Shown one piece after another: positions 1-9,251 of a stretch of DNA of 61,889 nucleotides. The position numbers and the translations under genes were made by a program. Position 1 is the stretch's first letter; each line of letters begins with the position of its first letter. Source of the DNA: an uncultured Gammaproteobacteria bacterium (GTDB lineage Bacteria > Pseudomonadota > Gammaproteobacteria > Steroidobacterales > XN24); the NCBI GenBank assembly GCA_965364575.1, contig CBDTYJ010000001.1, positions 1 to 61,889 on the forward strand, written 5' to 3'. The notes beneath the pieces are model-generated. The model searched no databases and was not told where the DNA came from. It saw only the letters and a list, made by a program, of their open reading frames with translations.

Positions 1-389
1 CCCATATGGTTGTTCACCCCGCTTGCATGGGGCACCGCGGCCATGGCTGCCTCGAGCCTGTGTCTCAATTCGTGGCGGCTGTGCACGATCTCCAGTACAC
101 CGTCGCCGGGGCGCTCGGAAGGGTCCGCCGGTTGCATCGGCAGGTGCAGCATCACTTCCTTGCCGCTGGCATGGCAGCGGCGCGCAAGTTCCGGTCCTGA
201 AGGCGTGTGAGGGAGGATCGAACAGGCGATGGGTCCCGCCAGAGCGGCGACCTGCAACCCCGGCTCCAGGGCATGGCCGAGATCATCGATGACGATCGCC
301 ACCACCGGCGGTTCAGCGACGGCGTCGGGACCGACGGTCAGTGCGGAGACGCCCAGGGCGAAAAGACCCTGGACGCCTCGCCATCTCAT
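1..389 (-). CDS. divergent polysaccharide deacetylase family protein (YibQ-like), 3' end cut by window edge
   Basis: Absent from the ORF track because it is open at the edge. Hand translation of the minus strand from ATG (complement of 387-389) gives MRWRGVQGLFALGVSALTVGPDAVAEPPVVAIVIDDLGHALEPG...ILPHTPSG...GKEVMLHLPMQPAD...GVNNHMG. These are YibQ-family hallmarks. The start makes an ATGA overlap with the ctpA stop. envC-ctpA-yibQ synteny supports the call. Confidence 0.75.
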   Translation of the reverse strand, partial: MRWRGVQGLFALGVSALTVGPDAVAEPPVVAIVIDDLGHALEPGLQVAALAGPIACSILPHTPSGPELARRCHASGKEVMLHLPMQPADPSERPGDGVLEIVHSRHELRHRLEAAMAAVPHASGVNNHM

Positions 390-1600
390 GGTGCGGAGCG
401 GGCCTCTGAGGCGGCGATCCGCCGCACCGGGACGGCCGTGGGATCCTGAAGACGAGAGACCGCTATCTCGAGCTGCCGATCGATATCACCATCGAGCGGG
501 TCCGTGTAGACGGTCACGTCAGGGTAGATGCCCCGGTTGTGGATCGATCGCCCGGAAGGGGTGAAGTAGCGGGAGGTAGTGAGCTTGATAGCGCGGCCCT
601 CGGACAGGGGAAGGACCGTCTGCACCGAACCCTTGCCGAAAGTGGGTGAACCCACGACCTGAGCGCGGCCATTATCCTGCAGGGCCCCGGCCAGGATCTC
701 CGAAGCCGATGCCGAGCTGCCGTTCACCAGCACGATGATCGGCTTGCCCGACATCAGATCGCCTTGCCGGGCCCGGTAACGGAAACTCGCGTCCGGGGCG
801 CGGCCGTCGGCGCTGACGATCACGCCGGTTTCCAGGAACAGATCGGCCACGTCCACGGCGGCGTCGAGGACGCCACCCGGGTTGTCTCGCAGATCGACGA
901 CCAGGCCCCCGAGTCGATCCGGATCGAGACCCTCGAGCGCCCGTCCGACTTCCTCGGCAGTATGGGCGCTGAAATGGGACAGGCGCACATAACCATAGCC
1001 CGAGTCCAGCCGCCGCCACTCCACGCTGGCAAGATGAACCTCTCCACGCTCGATGTCGAAAGTACGGGGTCCGGCGTGTTCCCCCCGGACCACGGAAAGC
1101 TGGACGTGCGTGCCCGGCGCTCCTCTCAACCGGGCGATAGTCTCGTCGAACTCGTTGGCGCCCACCGGCATGCCGTCGACGCTGATGATCACATCGCCGG
1201 CCTGCACCCCGGCATCGGCAGCGGGTCCGCTTGCCACCGGCGAAAGCACCACAATCCGGCCATCGTCGATGCCCACGTCGAGCCCGATCCCTGTGTAACT
1301 GCCGCTGGTGCTTTCCAGGATTCGCCGGTATTGGGCCGCGTCGAGGAAGGTGGAATGATCGTCCAGCCCCGACATCATGCCCCGCACGGCGGCCTCGAGC
1401 AGCCGCCGGTCATCCACCGGATCGACATACTCGCGCCGCACGTGCTCCAGGACTTCCGCCAGCAGCCGCGATTGCCCGGTCTCCGTGACCGGATGAGCGG
1501 GGGGCTGCCACGCCGCCAGCAGAGCGGAGCCGAGACTCAGCGCCAGGCCCAGCGCCGTGCCGATGCTGACTGCAAGAAGTCCCCTGAGTTTCAGCGACAT
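386..1600 (-). CDS. ctpA: carboxy-terminal processing (S41) peptidase with PDZ domain
   Basis: 418-aa ORF with VLVNGSSASASEILAGALQDN and TFGKGSVQ S41 motifs plus a PDZ-like segment. Start moved to MSLKLRGLL (ATG at 1600, AGGA 6 nt upstream), which gives a signal/anchor peptide. Confidence 0.9.
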   Translation of the reverse strand: MSLKLRGLLAVSIGTALGLALSLGSALLAAWQPPAHPVTETGQSRLLAEVLEHVRREYVDPVDDRRLLEAAVRGMMSGLDDHSTFLDAAQYRRILESTSGSYTGIGLDVGIDDGRIVVLSPVASGPAADAGVQAGDVIISVDGMPVGANEFDETIARLRGAPGTHVQLSVVRGEHAGPRTFDIERGEVHLASVEWRRLDSGYGYVRLSHFSAHTAEEVGRALEGLDPDRLGGLVVDLRDNPGGVLDAAVDVADLFLETGVIVSADGRAPDASFRYRARQGDLMSGKPIIVLVNGSSASASEILAGALQDNGRAQVVGSPTFGKGSVQTVLPLSEGRAIKLTTSRYFTPSGRSIHNRGIYPDVTVYTDPLDGDIDRQLEIAVSRLQDPTAVPVRRIAASEARSAP

Positions 1601-1672
1601 AGGGTGTCCTGAAGCGGTCGTTGGCCGTTGACGCCAGACCATAGCACAGGGGCCTGACCCCTCAAAATGGCC

Positions 1673-2872
1673 TCACGGCGCGGTCAGCCGGGAAGCAAAC
1701 CAGCGGTGCGGATTTTGTGGCTTTTTGCCGCGGCGGATCTCGAAATAGAGCGCCGCCCGGCTGCGGCCGCCGCTGTCGCCGGCCGTGGCGATGACTTCGC
1801 CCGGCTGGACCCAGTCACCGACGCTCTTGAAGAGCACGTCGTTATGCCCATACAGACTCAGGTAATCGTCACCGTGCTCGATGACCATCAGCAGGCCCAT
1901 CCCCGGCAGCCAGTCCGCATAGGCGACACGCCCGTGATAGACCGCCGTGACATCCGAGCCCCGCTCGGCACCGACCAGCACGCCGTTCCAGCGCAGCGAT
2001 CCTCCGGCCCGGGGCTGGCCGAAATCGTGTAACAGGCGTCCCCTGACCGGCCACGTCAGCTTGCCCCGCTGCTCGGCGAAGGGTTCCCGCCGGGCGCCCG
2101 GCAGGTCTGCCAGTGCCCGCTGCAGATCCTCGATGACGCGCTGCAGAGTCTCCTCTTCGGATTGCAGACGGGCGACCTCCTGGGCCCCGCTTTCGATGCG
2201 CGCATCGAGCGTCGCTACCGCGTCGGCCCTCGCCAGCCTGGCCTTCTCCACGTCGGCCGCTTTGCGGCTGCGGCGGCGTTCGAGATTCTCCAGCTCCGCG
2301 GTGGCGCTTTGCAGTTCTTTCTCTACCGCCGCCAGACGTGACAACTCGGCGACCACGGACTCGATCTGCCCGGCCCGGTACTGGCTCAGATATCGGTAAT
2401 AGACCAGCATGCGACCCAGCAGGGCCGGATCCTGTTGATTCAAGACCATCCGCAGGCGTTCCTGCCGGCCGCCGAGATAAGCGGCACGCACCTGGACGGC
2501 AAGATCCGCGCGGTTTGACCGGAGCCTGGCCTCGCTGCCCTGTTTCTCGGCGCCCAGGGCATCCAGCCGGCGCCGATGCTCGTCGATAGCGAGCCGGGTC
2601 CGGGCCAGTTCACGGGCCGCCTCCGCCGCCGCCCGCTCGGCCTGCCGAAGTCGAGCCGCCTCCGCATCCCGGCGATCCGCGTCCCGCTCCAGTTGTTTTT
2701 GCAGCTCGCCCATCCGCTTCTGCAACACCCGCAGGCGGGCGCCCGGATCATCCTCGGCCATCCCGGGCCCTGCCGCCAGGCACACGGTCAGGGCCAGGGT
2801 GATCATGGCCGGGAGAAAAGCTTTGCGGATCAAGGGGCTCTGTTGCTCGCCGGCGAACGATGGGGAGCCCAC
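1673..2872 (-). CDS. envC: murein hydrolase activator EnvC / M23 (LytM) family peptidase
   Basis: N-terminal anchor, long Q/E/R/A-rich coiled coil, and a C-terminal LytM domain (GVLVGAERGSDVTAVYHGRVAYADWLPGMGLLMVIEHGDDYLSLYGHN). The GTG start at 2872 is uncertain (alternative ATG at 2806). Confidence 0.85.
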   Translation of the reverse strand: MGSPSFAGEQQSPLIRKAFLPAMITLALTVCLAAGPGMAEDDPGARLRVLQKRMGELQKQLERDADRRDAEAARLRQAERAAAEAARELARTRLAIDEHRRRLDALGAEKQGSEARLRSNRADLAVQVRAAYLGGRQERLRMVLNQQDPALLGRMLVYYRYLSQYRAGQIESVVAELSRLAAVEKELQSATAELENLERRRSRKAADVEKARLARADAVATLDARIESGAQEVARLQSEEETLQRVIEDLQRALADLPGARREPFAEQRGKLTWPVRGRLLHDFGQPRAGGSLRWNGVLVGAERGSDVTAVYHGRVAYADWLPGMGLLMVIEHGDDYLSLYGHNDVLFKSVGDWVQPGEVIATAGDSGGRSRAALYFEIRRGKKPQNPHRWFASRLTAP

Positions 2873-2970
2873 ATTCTAGGTCGTCATGCCCGCGGGAGGA
2901 AGGCGTCCCGGCAACGGCGCTGGTATAATGGAGGGCTTATTCGTCCACTGCCTCGGAGAAGGTACGCGGC

Positions 2971-3411
2971 ATGGCTCAACTGATGGAATTCGCCGGCAAT
3001 CATCCGTTCCTCGTCAGCGCCCTGATGGCGCTGACGGTGCTGGTCATATTCAACGAAATCCGGCTGCGGGCCGGCGGCGCGTCGGTATCACCGGCCGACG
3101 CCGTCAAGCTGATCAACGACGGCGCGATCGTCATAGACGTCCGGCCGGAAGCACAATACAAAAAGGGTCATATCGTCAACGCCCGCAACATGGCGCTGAC
3201 GGAGCTCGGTCAGAAACCGGACGCGGTAGACAAACTCCGCGAAAAGACGGTCCTGGTCTGCTGCGACACCGGTATGAGCAGCGGCAAGGCGGCCCGATTG
3301 TTGCGCGAGAAAGGGATCGAACGGGTCGCCAATATCAGCGGCGGGCTCGCTGCCTGGCAGCGTGACAGCCTGCCGCTCGCGCAAGGCGGAACAAAGGGCA
3401 GCAAGAAGTGA
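2971..3411 (+). CDS. membrane-anchored rhodanese-domain protein (YibN-like)
   Basis: N-terminal TM helix (HPFLVSALMALTVLVIF) and a rhodanese fold with active-site loop VLVCCDTGMSSGKAA. Sits upstream of grxC-secB-gpsA, as E. coli yibN does. Confidence 0.85.
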   Translation: MAQLMEFAGNHPFLVSALMALTVLVIFNEIRLRAGGASVSPADAVKLINDGAIVIDVRPEAQYKKGHIVNARNMALTELGQKPDAVDKLREKTVLVCCDTGMSSGKAARLLREKGIERVANISGGLAAWQRDSLPLAQGGTKGSKK

Positions 3412-3758
3412 GTACGCCGGACCTTCCAAGGGTCGTCGTCTATGCCACCCGATTCTGCCCCTACTGCATGCGGGCGCGGGAGCTGCTGGATTACAAGGGC
3501 GTGGAATATGACGAGATCGCGGTGGACGGTGACCCGGAGCGGCGGCGGGAGATGGAGTTGCGCAGCCGGCGCAGGACCGTACCCCAGATCTTTATCGACG
3601 GCGCGCACATCGGCGGTTATGACGACCTGCACGCGCTGGATCTGGCAGGGAAACTGGATCGGCTGCTGTTTCCGGGCTCCGCGGCCGATGACCCGGCTGG
3701 CAACGTCCCTGGCGGATCGGACGACGGACAGATGACAACGTTACTGGAGCGATCATGA
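3408..3758 (+). CDS. grxC: glutaredoxin 3 with about 30-aa C-terminal extension
   Basis: CPYC active site (VVVYATRFCPYCMRA) and TVPQIFIDGAHIGGYDDL. GTGA overlap with the rhodanese stop and ATGA overlap with secB. The tail FPGSAADDPAGNVPGGSDDGQMTTLLERS extends beyond the usual roughly 85-aa Grx3 length. Confidence 0.9.
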   Translation: MSTPDLPRVVVYATRFCPYCMRARELLDYKGVEYDEIAVDGDPERRREMELRSRRRTVPQIFIDGAHIGGYDDLHALDLAGKLDRLLFPGSAADDPAGNVPGGSDDGQMTTLLERS

Positions 3759-4231
3759 ACGAAGAAACACGCGACACTGAGGCAGCAGCCGACACCGGCC
3801 CGCAGATCGGCCTGCAACGGATCTACCTGAAGGACGCTTCCTTCGAGGCGCCCAACAGCCCCGGAATCCAGCGCGGCGAGTGGAAGCCGAACGTGACCAT
3901 GAACCTGTCCACCCGCACCGAAGATCTCGGCGACAACCGCATCGAGGTGGTGCTGGAAATTTCGGTCGAGGCCAAGCAGGGCGACAAAGTGGCCTTTCTG
4001 GCCGAGGTTCAGCAGGCGGGAGTATTCCTGCTGGAGGGATTCGCCCCGGCGGATATGCCCCAGATGCTCGCCATCTTCTGCCCGACGCAGCTCTATCCCT
4101 ATGCCCGGGAGGTTGTCGCCGACCTGGTCGGCAAGGGCGGTTTCCCCCAGCTGCACCTGCAGCCGGTAAACTTCGAGGCGGTGGTAGCCCAGGCTCAGGC
4201 GCAGCAGGAAGCGGAGACCGCGCAGGCCTAG
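3755..4231 (+). CDS. secB: protein-export chaperone SecB
   Basis: LQRIYLKDASFEAPNSP...FCPTQLYPYAREVVADLVGKGGFPQLHLQPVNFEA, a typical SecB sequence. Confidence 0.95.
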   Translation: MNEETRDTEAAADTGPQIGLQRIYLKDASFEAPNSPGIQRGEWKPNVTMNLSTRTEDLGDNRIEVVLEISVEAKQGDKVAFLAEVQQAGVFLLEGFAPADMPQMLAIFCPTQLYPYAREVVADLVGKGGFPQLHLQPVNFEAVVAQAQAQQEAETAQA

Positions 4232-4266
4232 CCGTAAAATCAACCCAGGTCAGCCGGGAGTCATCG

Positions 4267-5283
4267 ATGAGCGAACAGCGCGCGATCGTCATTCTGGGCG
4301 CGGGCTCATGGGGCACTGCGCTAGCCATACAATTCGCGCGCAGCGGCACCGCGACCACCCTCTGGGGCCGGGTGGAAGATCACCTGGACCGGCTGATCGA
4401 AGACCGGGAAAACCAGCACTATCTGCCGGGAGCACGATTCCCGGACAGCCTCGTGATCGAGCCGGACCTGGAACGGGCCATGGCGTCGGCCCCGATGGTG
4501 CTGGTCGCTGTGCCGAGCCATGCCTTCCGCGCGACCCTCGAATCCATCCGGCCGATGCTGCAGACGGACGCCCGCCTCGCCTGGGCCACAAAGGGTTTTG
4601 AGGTGGAGACCGGCAAGCTGCCCCACCAGGTGGCGGAAGAGGTGCTCGGCGTCGGCATCGCCACGGCGGTCGTCTCCGGACCGACTTTCGCAAAGGAGGT
4701 GGGCGCCGGCCTTCCCACGGCCATGACGGTGGCTTCCGCCGACGCGGATTTTGCAGCCGAATTGGCGGCGAGCATTTCCGGGGAGAATTTCCGCGCCTAC
4801 ACATCCGACGATATGGTCGGCGTCGAAGTGGGCGGGGCGGTCAAGAATGCCCTGGCCATCGGCGCGGGCATCTGCGACGGTCTGGGCTTCGGCGCCAATA
4901 CGCGGGTCGCCCTGATCACACGCGGGCTGGTCGAGATGACCCGACTGGGCGTCGCGCTGGGTGCCAAACCGGCGACATTCATGGGTCTGGCCGGGATGGG
5001 GGATCTGGTGCTGACCTGCACCGACGATCTGTCCAGGAACCGGCGCATGGGTCTGGCGCTGGCGGCGGGCAAGACCATAGACGAGGCCGCGATCGAGATC
5101 GGCCAGGTGGTCGAAGGCGTCAAGGCGGCCGATGCGGTGCATCGGGTGGCGACAACCGCCGGCGTCGAAATGCCGATCTGTGAGCAGATCTACCGCATCC
5201 TCTATCAGGGCGAGGATCCACGCGCCGCAGTCAGCGCGCTGATGCAGCGGGAGCTGAAATCGGAGTTCGCCCCGGGCAGTTAA
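4267..5283 (+). CDS. gpsA: NAD(P)H-dependent glycerol-3-phosphate dehydrogenase
   Basis: True start is MSEQRAIVILGAGSWGTALA (ATG 4267, in frame with the 3880 ORF). The upstream part of that track ORF overlaps secB in another frame and is spurious. GpsA motifs are present throughout (VEGVKAA...). Confidence 0.93.
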   Translation: MSEQRAIVILGAGSWGTALAIQFARSGTATTLWGRVEDHLDRLIEDRENQHYLPGARFPDSLVIEPDLERAMASAPMVLVAVPSHAFRATLESIRPMLQTDARLAWATKGFEVETGKLPHQVAEEVLGVGIATAVVSGPTFAKEVGAGLPTAMTVASADADFAAELAASISGENFRAYTSDDMVGVEVGGAVKNALAIGAGICDGLGFGANTRVALITRGLVEMTRLGVALGAKPATFMGLAGMGDLVLTCTDDLSRNRRMGLALAAGKTIDEAAIEIGQVVEGVKAADAVHRVATTAGVEMPICEQIYRILYQGEDPRAAVSALMQRELKSEFAPGS

Positions 5284-5747
5284 GCCCGGGCACCGGCAAA
5301 ACCGATCTGGCGCCAGGCTTCGTAGACTGCCACGGCGACCGCGTTTGACAGATTCAGGCTGCGATTGCCGGCCCGCATCGGCAGCGTAAGGCGCCGTTCT
5401 TCAGGGAAGCGCGCAATAAGGTCCTCGCCGAGGCCGCGGGTCTCGGGGCCGAACAGTAGCGCGTCACCCGACTCATATCGGGCCTGGTCATAGCGGCGAG
5501 CAGCGTGGCTGGAGAAGGCGTACACCGTGGATCCGCCGAGCGCCCGCAAACACTGGTCAAGGTCCTCGTGGCGGGTCACCGGTGCATATTCCCGATAATC
5601 GAGGCCGGCGCGCCGGAGTCGCGGTTCGTCCAGCTCGAAACCCAGCGGCTCGACCAGATGCAGGCGCGCGCCTGTATTGGCGCAAAGTCGTATGATATTG
5701 CCGGTATTGGGCGGGATCTCTGGCTGATAGAGGATGACGTCGAACAT
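5280..5747 (-). CDS. trmL: tRNA (cytidine/uridine-2'-O)-methyltransferase TrmL (SpoU family)
   Basis: MFDVILYQPEIPPNTGNIIRLCANTG...LNLSNAVAVAVYEAWRQ. Start chosen at the conserved MFD (ATG 5747). Its stop overlaps the gpsA stop in a TTAA. Confidence 0.9.
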   Translation of the reverse strand: MFDVILYQPEIPPNTGNIIRLCANTGARLHLVEPLGFELDEPRLRRAGLDYREYAPVTRHEDLDQCLRALGGSTVYAFSSHAARRYDQARYESGDALLFGPETRGLGEDLIARFPEERRLTLPMRAGNRSLNLSNAVAVAVYEAWRQIGFAGARA

Positions 5748-5786
5748 GGTGGCAATGGCTCCGGCCCCCGGGCCCGGTCGAGGATT

Positions 5787-6740
5787 ATGAGCGCAGCGAG
5801 CGAAACCCTGCACCCGGCACTCGGACTGGAATTATGCGGCATGCGTCTCGATTCTCCCCTGGTGCTGCTCTCGGGTTGCGTCGGTTTCGGCGAGGAATAC
5901 ACGCGGGTCGAGGGATTCTCGAACCGGGACGTGGGAGCCGTGGTGCTGAAGGGCACGACGCCGGAACCACGCCTCGGCAACCCGCCTCATCGGGTCTGCG
6001 AGACGCCGATGGGGATGTTGAATGCCATCGGTCTGCAGAATCCCGGAGCGGACCGTGTGGTCGACGAGATCCTGCCCCAGCTGGATTTCGGCGAGACCCG
6101 TTTTATCGCGAACGTCTGCGGCTCGACCATCGAAGATTATGTGGCAGTGACCGCCAGGTTCGACGACTCGCCCATCGACGCCATCGAGATCAACATCTCC
6201 TGCCCCAATATCAAGGAGGGCGGCGTCGCCTTCGGCAATTATCCGGAGATGTCAGCGCGGGTCGTCGCCGCATGCCGGGCAGCGACCTCCAAGCCGATTA
6301 TCACCAAACTGTCGCCCAACCAGACCGACATCCGCGCCAACGCCAGGGCCTGCATCGAGGCCGGCAGCGACGGGCTGGCCGTGATCAACACCCTGATGGG
6401 CATGGCCATCGACGCGGAGTCCAGATCGCCGGTCATAGGAAACGTCCAGGGTGGTCTGTCCGGACCGGCGATCAAACCGATCGCCCTGCTCAAAGTGCAT
6501 CAGGTTTACGAAGTGGCGAGTCCCCACGGGATACCGATCATCGGCCAGGGCGGGATTTGCGAGGTCAGTGACGCACTGGAGTTCATCATCGCAGGCGCAT
6601 CGGCCGTCGGTGTTGGCACGGCGCTGTTTTACGATCCCATGGCCTGCAAGAAGATGAACCGCGGTATCGCCGAATATCTCCAGCGGCACGGTTTCGAATC
6701 GGTCAGCGACCTGACCGGCTCGCTGCAACTGCCCGATTGA
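5787..6740 (+). CDS. pyrD: dihydroorotate dehydrogenase, class-1 (PyrD-B catalytic-subunit type)
   Basis: LGLELCGMRLDSPLVLLSGCVGFG, MLNAIGLQNPG, EINISCPN (Cys base), GGLSGPAIKPIAL and IIGQGGI. Start at ATG 5787, in frame with the 5505 ORF. Confidence 0.85.
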   Translation: MSAASETLHPALGLELCGMRLDSPLVLLSGCVGFGEEYTRVEGFSNRDVGAVVLKGTTPEPRLGNPPHRVCETPMGMLNAIGLQNPGADRVVDEILPQLDFGETRFIANVCGSTIEDYVAVTARFDDSPIDAIEINISCPNIKEGGVAFGNYPEMSARVVAACRAATSKPIITKLSPNQTDIRANARACIEAGSDGLAVINTLMGMAIDAESRSPVIGNVQGGLSGPAIKPIALLKVHQVYEVASPHGIPIIGQGGICEVSDALEFIIAGASAVGVGTALFYDPMACKKMNRGIAEYLQRHGFESVSDLTGSLQLPD

Positions 6741-6764
6741 TCGTCCGTTAGCCCGGGCCGGGCT

Positions 6765-8162
6765 CTAATCACCGATCCCGAGTTCCCGGATCTTCCGCGT
6801 CAGCGTGTTCCGGCCCCACCCCAGGAGACGCGCTGCCTGCTGCCGGTGGCCTCGCGACCGCTCCAACGCGACTTCGATGAGCACCCGCTCGAACTCCGGC
6901 AGCGCCTGTTCCAGCAGCGGCGCGTCATCAGCGGACTCCAACCTTTGTCCGGCCCAGCGGCGGAGCTCCCGCGACCACTCCTGACCACCGGTCTCGATGC
7001 TGTCGCCCCCGAGTTCCGCGGGGATATCGGTCCGCTGGATCTGGCGGCCCGGCGCGCTGACCGTCAGGCGACGGCACACGTTGACCAGCTGCCGGACGTT
7101 TCCCGGCCAGTCGAACGCCACCAGCATGGCGCGCGCCTCTTTACTCAGCAGTTTGGGCGCCACGCCCATTTCCGCAGCTGCGATCTGCAGATAATGGTCC
7201 AGCAGCAGCCCGATGTCCTCGCGTCGCGCCCGCAGCGGCGGGGTCTCGATATGGATCACGTTTAGTCGATGGAACAGATCTTCCCGGAAGCGCTCCTCGG
7301 CGACCCGGGCGGGAAGATCGTGGTGGGTGGCAGCGATCACCCGCACGTCTACCTGCTTCGGCACCTGTCCACCGACCCGGTAGAACTCGCCCTCCGCCAG
7401 CACGCGCAGAAGCCGGCTCTGCAATGCGGGGGACATGTCACCGATCTCGTCCAGAAAAAGCGTGCCGCCGTCGGCCTGCTCGAAGCGGCCGACGCGGGCC
7501 GCGTCGGCACCCGTGAAGGCGCCTCGCTCATGACCGAACAGCTCGGATTCCAGCAATTCCGAGGGTATCGCCGAGGTATTCAAGGCGATAAACGGCTGCT
7601 GCGCCCTGGGACCATGCTCATGCAGCGCGCGTGCTACCAGCTCTTTACCGGTCCCCGATTCGCCGGTGATGAGGACAGTCATGCTCGAGTTGGACAATCT
7701 GCCGATCGCTCTGAATACCTCCTGCATCGCCGGCGCCTGACCGATCAGCCGCGGATAGGTCGGCGTCTCGTCGGCGCCGCCGCCACCACTTCCGTGCCGG
7801 GCTGCCCGCTGCACCAATGCCACCGCTTCGTCGACGTCAAACGGCTTGGGCAGGTATTCGAATGCGCCGCCGCGGTACGCCGCCACGGTGCTATCCAGAT
7901 CCGAGTGAGCCGTGACCACGATCACCGGAAGCTCGGGATAGGATTCCTGCAAATGATCGAGCAGGCTGAGCCCGTCCTCGTCCGGCATGCGGATATCGGT
8001 GATCACCACATCGGGCGGGCCGGCTTCTATCGCCTGGCGGAGAGCGTGGGCATCGGCGAAGCCACTGCAATTCATACCGGCCCCGCTCAAGGCTCGCTCG
8101 AGAACCCAGCGGATCGCCTCGTCGTCATCGACGACCCACACATCAAGTGGCTTGGCTTGCAT
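6765..8162 (-). CDS. ntrC: nitrogen regulation protein NR(I), sigma54-dependent response regulator NtrC
   Basis: Receiver domain (VWVVDDDEAIRWVLERAL...ITDIRMPDEDG), AAA+ core (ITGESGTGKE, ESELFGHERGAFTGA) and a C-terminal HTH. Start at MQAKPLDV (ATG 8162). The upstream ORF extension overlaps ntrB. Confidence 0.93.
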   Translation of the reverse strand: MQAKPLDVWVVDDDEAIRWVLERALSGAGMNCSGFADAHALRQAIEAGPPDVVITDIRMPDEDGLSLLDHLQESYPELPVIVVTAHSDLDSTVAAYRGGAFEYLPKPFDVDEAVALVQRAARHGSGGGGADETPTYPRLIGQAPAMQEVFRAIGRLSNSSMTVLITGESGTGKELVARALHEHGPRAQQPFIALNTSAIPSELLESELFGHERGAFTGADAARVGRFEQADGGTLFLDEIGDMSPALQSRLLRVLAEGEFYRVGGQVPKQVDVRVIAATHHDLPARVAEERFREDLFHRLNVIHIETPPLRARREDIGLLLDHYLQIAAAEMGVAPKLLSKEARAMLVAFDWPGNVRQLVNVCRRLTVSAPGRQIQRTDIPAELGGDSIETGGQEWSRELRRWAGQRLESADDAPLLEQALPEFERVLIEVALERSRGHRQQAARLLGWGRNTLTRKIRELGIGD

Positions 8163-9234
8163 GCGCCTCCTCGATCGGGAACAACATCTGGAACACGGTC
8201 CGCTGCGGGGTGCTCGTATACTCGACGATACCTCCCTGGCGCGTGACCAGATCCTGCGCCAGAGCCAGACCCAGCCCGCTGCCCCCGGCCCGGCCGCTGA
8301 CCAGCGGGTAGAACAGGCTGTCCCGGAGCGCATCCGGGACGCCGGGACCATTGTCCTCGACTTCCACCGAGGCGACCAGACGATGCATGCGGCCAGCGAC
8401 CGTGTAATGGGTCAGGGCCCGGGTGCGGAATATGACAGCGCCGCCTTCACCCACCGCCTGCATGGCATTCCGGGCCAGATTGAGCATCGCCTGCACCACC
8501 TGCCCGCGGTCCAGGAACAGCTCCGGGAGACTCGGATCGTAGTCGCGGCCGATGTTCATGGACGGAGGAGCTTCGGCACGCAACAGATGGTAGACGTGCT
8601 CCACCAGCTCGTGGATGTTGTGAAGCTGGCGCACCGGCTCGCCCCCCGGGCCGAGCATGGTGCTGGTGAGCCGGGCCAGCCGATCCGCCTCGCGGATGAT
8701 GAGACGGGTGTATTCCTGGAGATCGGGGATCTCCAGCTGGCGCTCCAGCAGCTGGGCGGCACCGCGGATGCCGCCGAGGGGATTACGGATTTCATGGGCC
8801 AGCTGCCGGACCATCGCGCGGCTGACCTCCAGCTGGGACATCAGCGAATTCTCCCGGCTGATACGAAGGCGGTGGCTGGCATCACTGAATTCGGCCACCA
8901 GCAGCATCTCATCGTCCCGGGTCGTGACCATGCTCAGGGTGCAGTCGACGGTCGTGGGGCTGGAGGTCGGACGGGAGATTTCCAGGCTCAGCTCCCGCCT
9001 TGCGATCCCCTCGCCGGTGACGATGGCGCGCTCGAACAGGGGCCTCAATACGGCCAGGGCCGGGACGCCCTGGTCGACGATCCTGCCGACAAGCTGCATC
9101 CTGCTCGTACCGAGCAGTTGTTCCGCGGCGGGATTCAGATACTCGACTTCCAGGTTTGGCCGCAGCACCAGTACGCCAGTAGCCAGATTCTCCGTGAAGG
9201 GGAAGCGGCCGGACTCCTCTCGCTCAGGGTCCAT
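8143..9234 (-). CDS. ntrB: nitrogen regulation sensor histidine kinase NtrB
   Basis: PAS-like N-terminus, H-box LAHEIRNPLGGIRGAAQLL, and ATPase boxes (VEDNGPGVP, GGSGLGLALAQ). Overlaps the ntrC start by 20 nt. Confidence 0.93.
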   Translation of the reverse strand: MDPEREESGRFPFTENLATGVLVLRPNLEVEYLNPAAEQLLGTSRMQLVGRIVDQGVPALAVLRPLFERAIVTGEGIARRELSLEISRPTSSPTTVDCTLSMVTTRDDEMLLVAEFSDASHRLRISRENSLMSQLEVSRAMVRQLAHEIRNPLGGIRGAAQLLERQLEIPDLQEYTRLIIREADRLARLTSTMLGPGGEPVRQLHNIHELVEHVYHLLRAEAPPSMNIGRDYDPSLPELFLDRGQVVQAMLNLARNAMQAVGEGGAVIFRTRALTHYTVAGRMHRLVASVEVEDNGPGVPDALRDSLFYPLVSGRAGGSGLGLALAQDLVTRQGGIVEYTSTPQRTVFQMLFPIEEAHASQAT

Positions 9235-9251
9235 GCCTGAGGTGGATCGGG

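Noticed and set aside
3880-4266. 5' part of the 467-aa track ORF upstream of gpsA. Analogous extensions occur at 5505-5786 (pyrD), 14782-15255 (plsC), 36025-36864 (oppD), 37713-37826 (oppF), 26355-26564 (fusion gene) and 12515-12613 (glyS).
   Set aside because: These segments overlap the preceding real gene in another frame. The conserved protein N-termini begin at internal ATG or GTG codons, often with an RBS or a stop-start overlap.
5280-5283. Convergent gene pairs with overlapping or nearly touching stops: gpsA/trmL, oppF/DUF945 at 38840-38843, gpx/SIMPL at 40737-40745, and fusion/GGDEF at 28382-28396.
   Set aside because: The overlaps are real, but they are ordinary genome compaction. 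Nothing suggests a specific regulatory device.
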